DNA of 64,000 nt, taken from assembly GCF_009914755.1 (NCBI RefSeq), contig NC_060937.1. One strand, given 5' to 3'. This stretch comes from the human T2T-CHM13v2.0 reference genome, Homo sapiens. Position 1 is the stretch's first letter, and every line of letters starts with the position of its first letter. This document shows, piece by piece, positions 62,618-64,000 of the stretch. The translations under genes and the position numbers were made by a program. The notes under the pieces are model-generated. The model did no database searches. It had not been told where the DNA came from and saw nothing but the letters and a program-made list of their open reading frames with translations.

Positions 62618-64000
62618 CTATAAAAGTAAGAGATCCGGAAGCTATAGCATAAATGATACAAATCACAACTGTAAGAGCTGCCAAGTCCAGGGACTTAGGA
62701 CTTGACTGTTGAGAAAACTGTATTGGAGAACACTCTCAAATCCATACTGTCAAGGAAGGCAGCAAAGTGAAATCAGGTTCAGGATGCCAGGGCAGGCTCA
62801 CAACATGAAGACTGGGGTGTTTGAAAGGAAAAGCAGTTAACACACCAAGGAATAAAGGAGACTTGGGTCAGATCTCCAAGCCTTAGTCAGTAACACAGAG
62901 GAAAACAGTCAGGGGGTAAGGAAAATACATGACTAGAGGTTGTAACAAAGGTAGTCCCCGACGGGCAGATCACCAGCAAAGCTGTGATTGATTACCAGTG
63001 GACCTTAAATAGATAATTATGTTTATGGTTATTCCTAGCAAAGCATATTACTAGCAATAACTAACATGTTTTGGAAACTTACTATGTGGTAAGCACATTC
63101 CATGGATTTTTCTCATTTAACTTTCACCAGAATCCAATATAGACTATCTCCTTTTTATATGAATGAATGAATCAAAGTTCAAAGGAGTTATATAACTTGC
63201 CCATCGTCCTGCAACTAGCATACAGTGGAGCTTAGAGAATGGAAACAGTATGGGTTTTAGAGTCACAAATCCTGGCTCAACTGCTTGATGTACACTTTTA
63301 CTAAATGTTAGCGTATGCATGGTATTATACCTTTGGAACCTTAGCCTTCTTAGTAGGAAAAATATCACCTACATTATTGTGACTGCTAGGAAAACTAAAT
63401 GTGTAAATGTATGTGCAAACAAGTGGCCCAAAGGAGGCACCTGTTAAATCTCATTTCCTTCCTTCTCTGCCTAACTCTTATCAATGGCTCTTCACATTCT
63501 TCAGCAGCAGGATCTACAGTATTGACTAAATTTGTGTGAATGCACATTTGTACACTCTGAGAGAAACGTCCACGGCTTTCAGCAATTCTTCACAGCCCAA
63601 ATGACAATATAGAAACTCTTAAGATGGCACTTAAGGCCTTTCCTGGCAGAAGCCCTGATTCTCTCAGTCTCAGCAACCAGTACACGCCCGTCCCCTTGAC
63701 CCTCCTTCCGTGACCCTGTGCTCCAATCCATCTCCCAACTGCAGCTCTCCAAACACATGATGCTGCTTCACCAACACTACTCCATCTTCTTGGAACAACA
63801 CCCTTTTCACTCGCACACCGTAAACACAAGGGTCAGTCAAAGCTCAGCACAAAAAACATCTTCATATCTTCATAAAACTCAGATCCCCTTCCCTCATCAG
63901 AACCATTTTTGTACCCTTTTACTTTATCTTATGCAAGCTTCTATCATTATTTATTTGTGCATTTGCTTCTATACATGACTGTCTCATGCTAGCTCCACAC

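Overview
Primate, very probably human, genomic DNA. The whole window lies inside one minus-strand gene, VWA8 (KIAA0564, a mitochondrial/peroxisomal AAA+ ATPase with a C-terminal vWA domain). I found nine coding exons, all with GT-AG boundaries and compatible phases. Together they give 1,049 nt of contiguous CDS, from DHTKKELDSW to DEQLQKR, covering the end of the first AAA module and the Walker A/B region of the second. The numbering (about exons 6-14) comes from recall of the cDNA. The rest is intronic and dense with repeats: about 21 Alu-family copies, several L1s (two with twin-priming inversions), one sense-oriented SVA, THE1 and MLT2 solo LTRs, DNA-transposon fossils and microsatellites. 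Nearly all listed ORFs are repeat-derived or chance. I see no credible new multi-gene system. The unusual signals are at insertion and repair level: (1) a TSD-flanked orphan retro-insertion of unknown origin; (2) an SVA with a 5' transduction and an aberrant poly(C) 3' end; (3) an L1 3' transduction; (4) a bare poly(A) insertion; (5) several short-range templated copies of local sequence; (6) a three-exon phase-0 block that would form a stop-free circRNA. Repeat subfamily names and repeat edges are by eye and approximate. Exon and TSD coordinates were counted directly.
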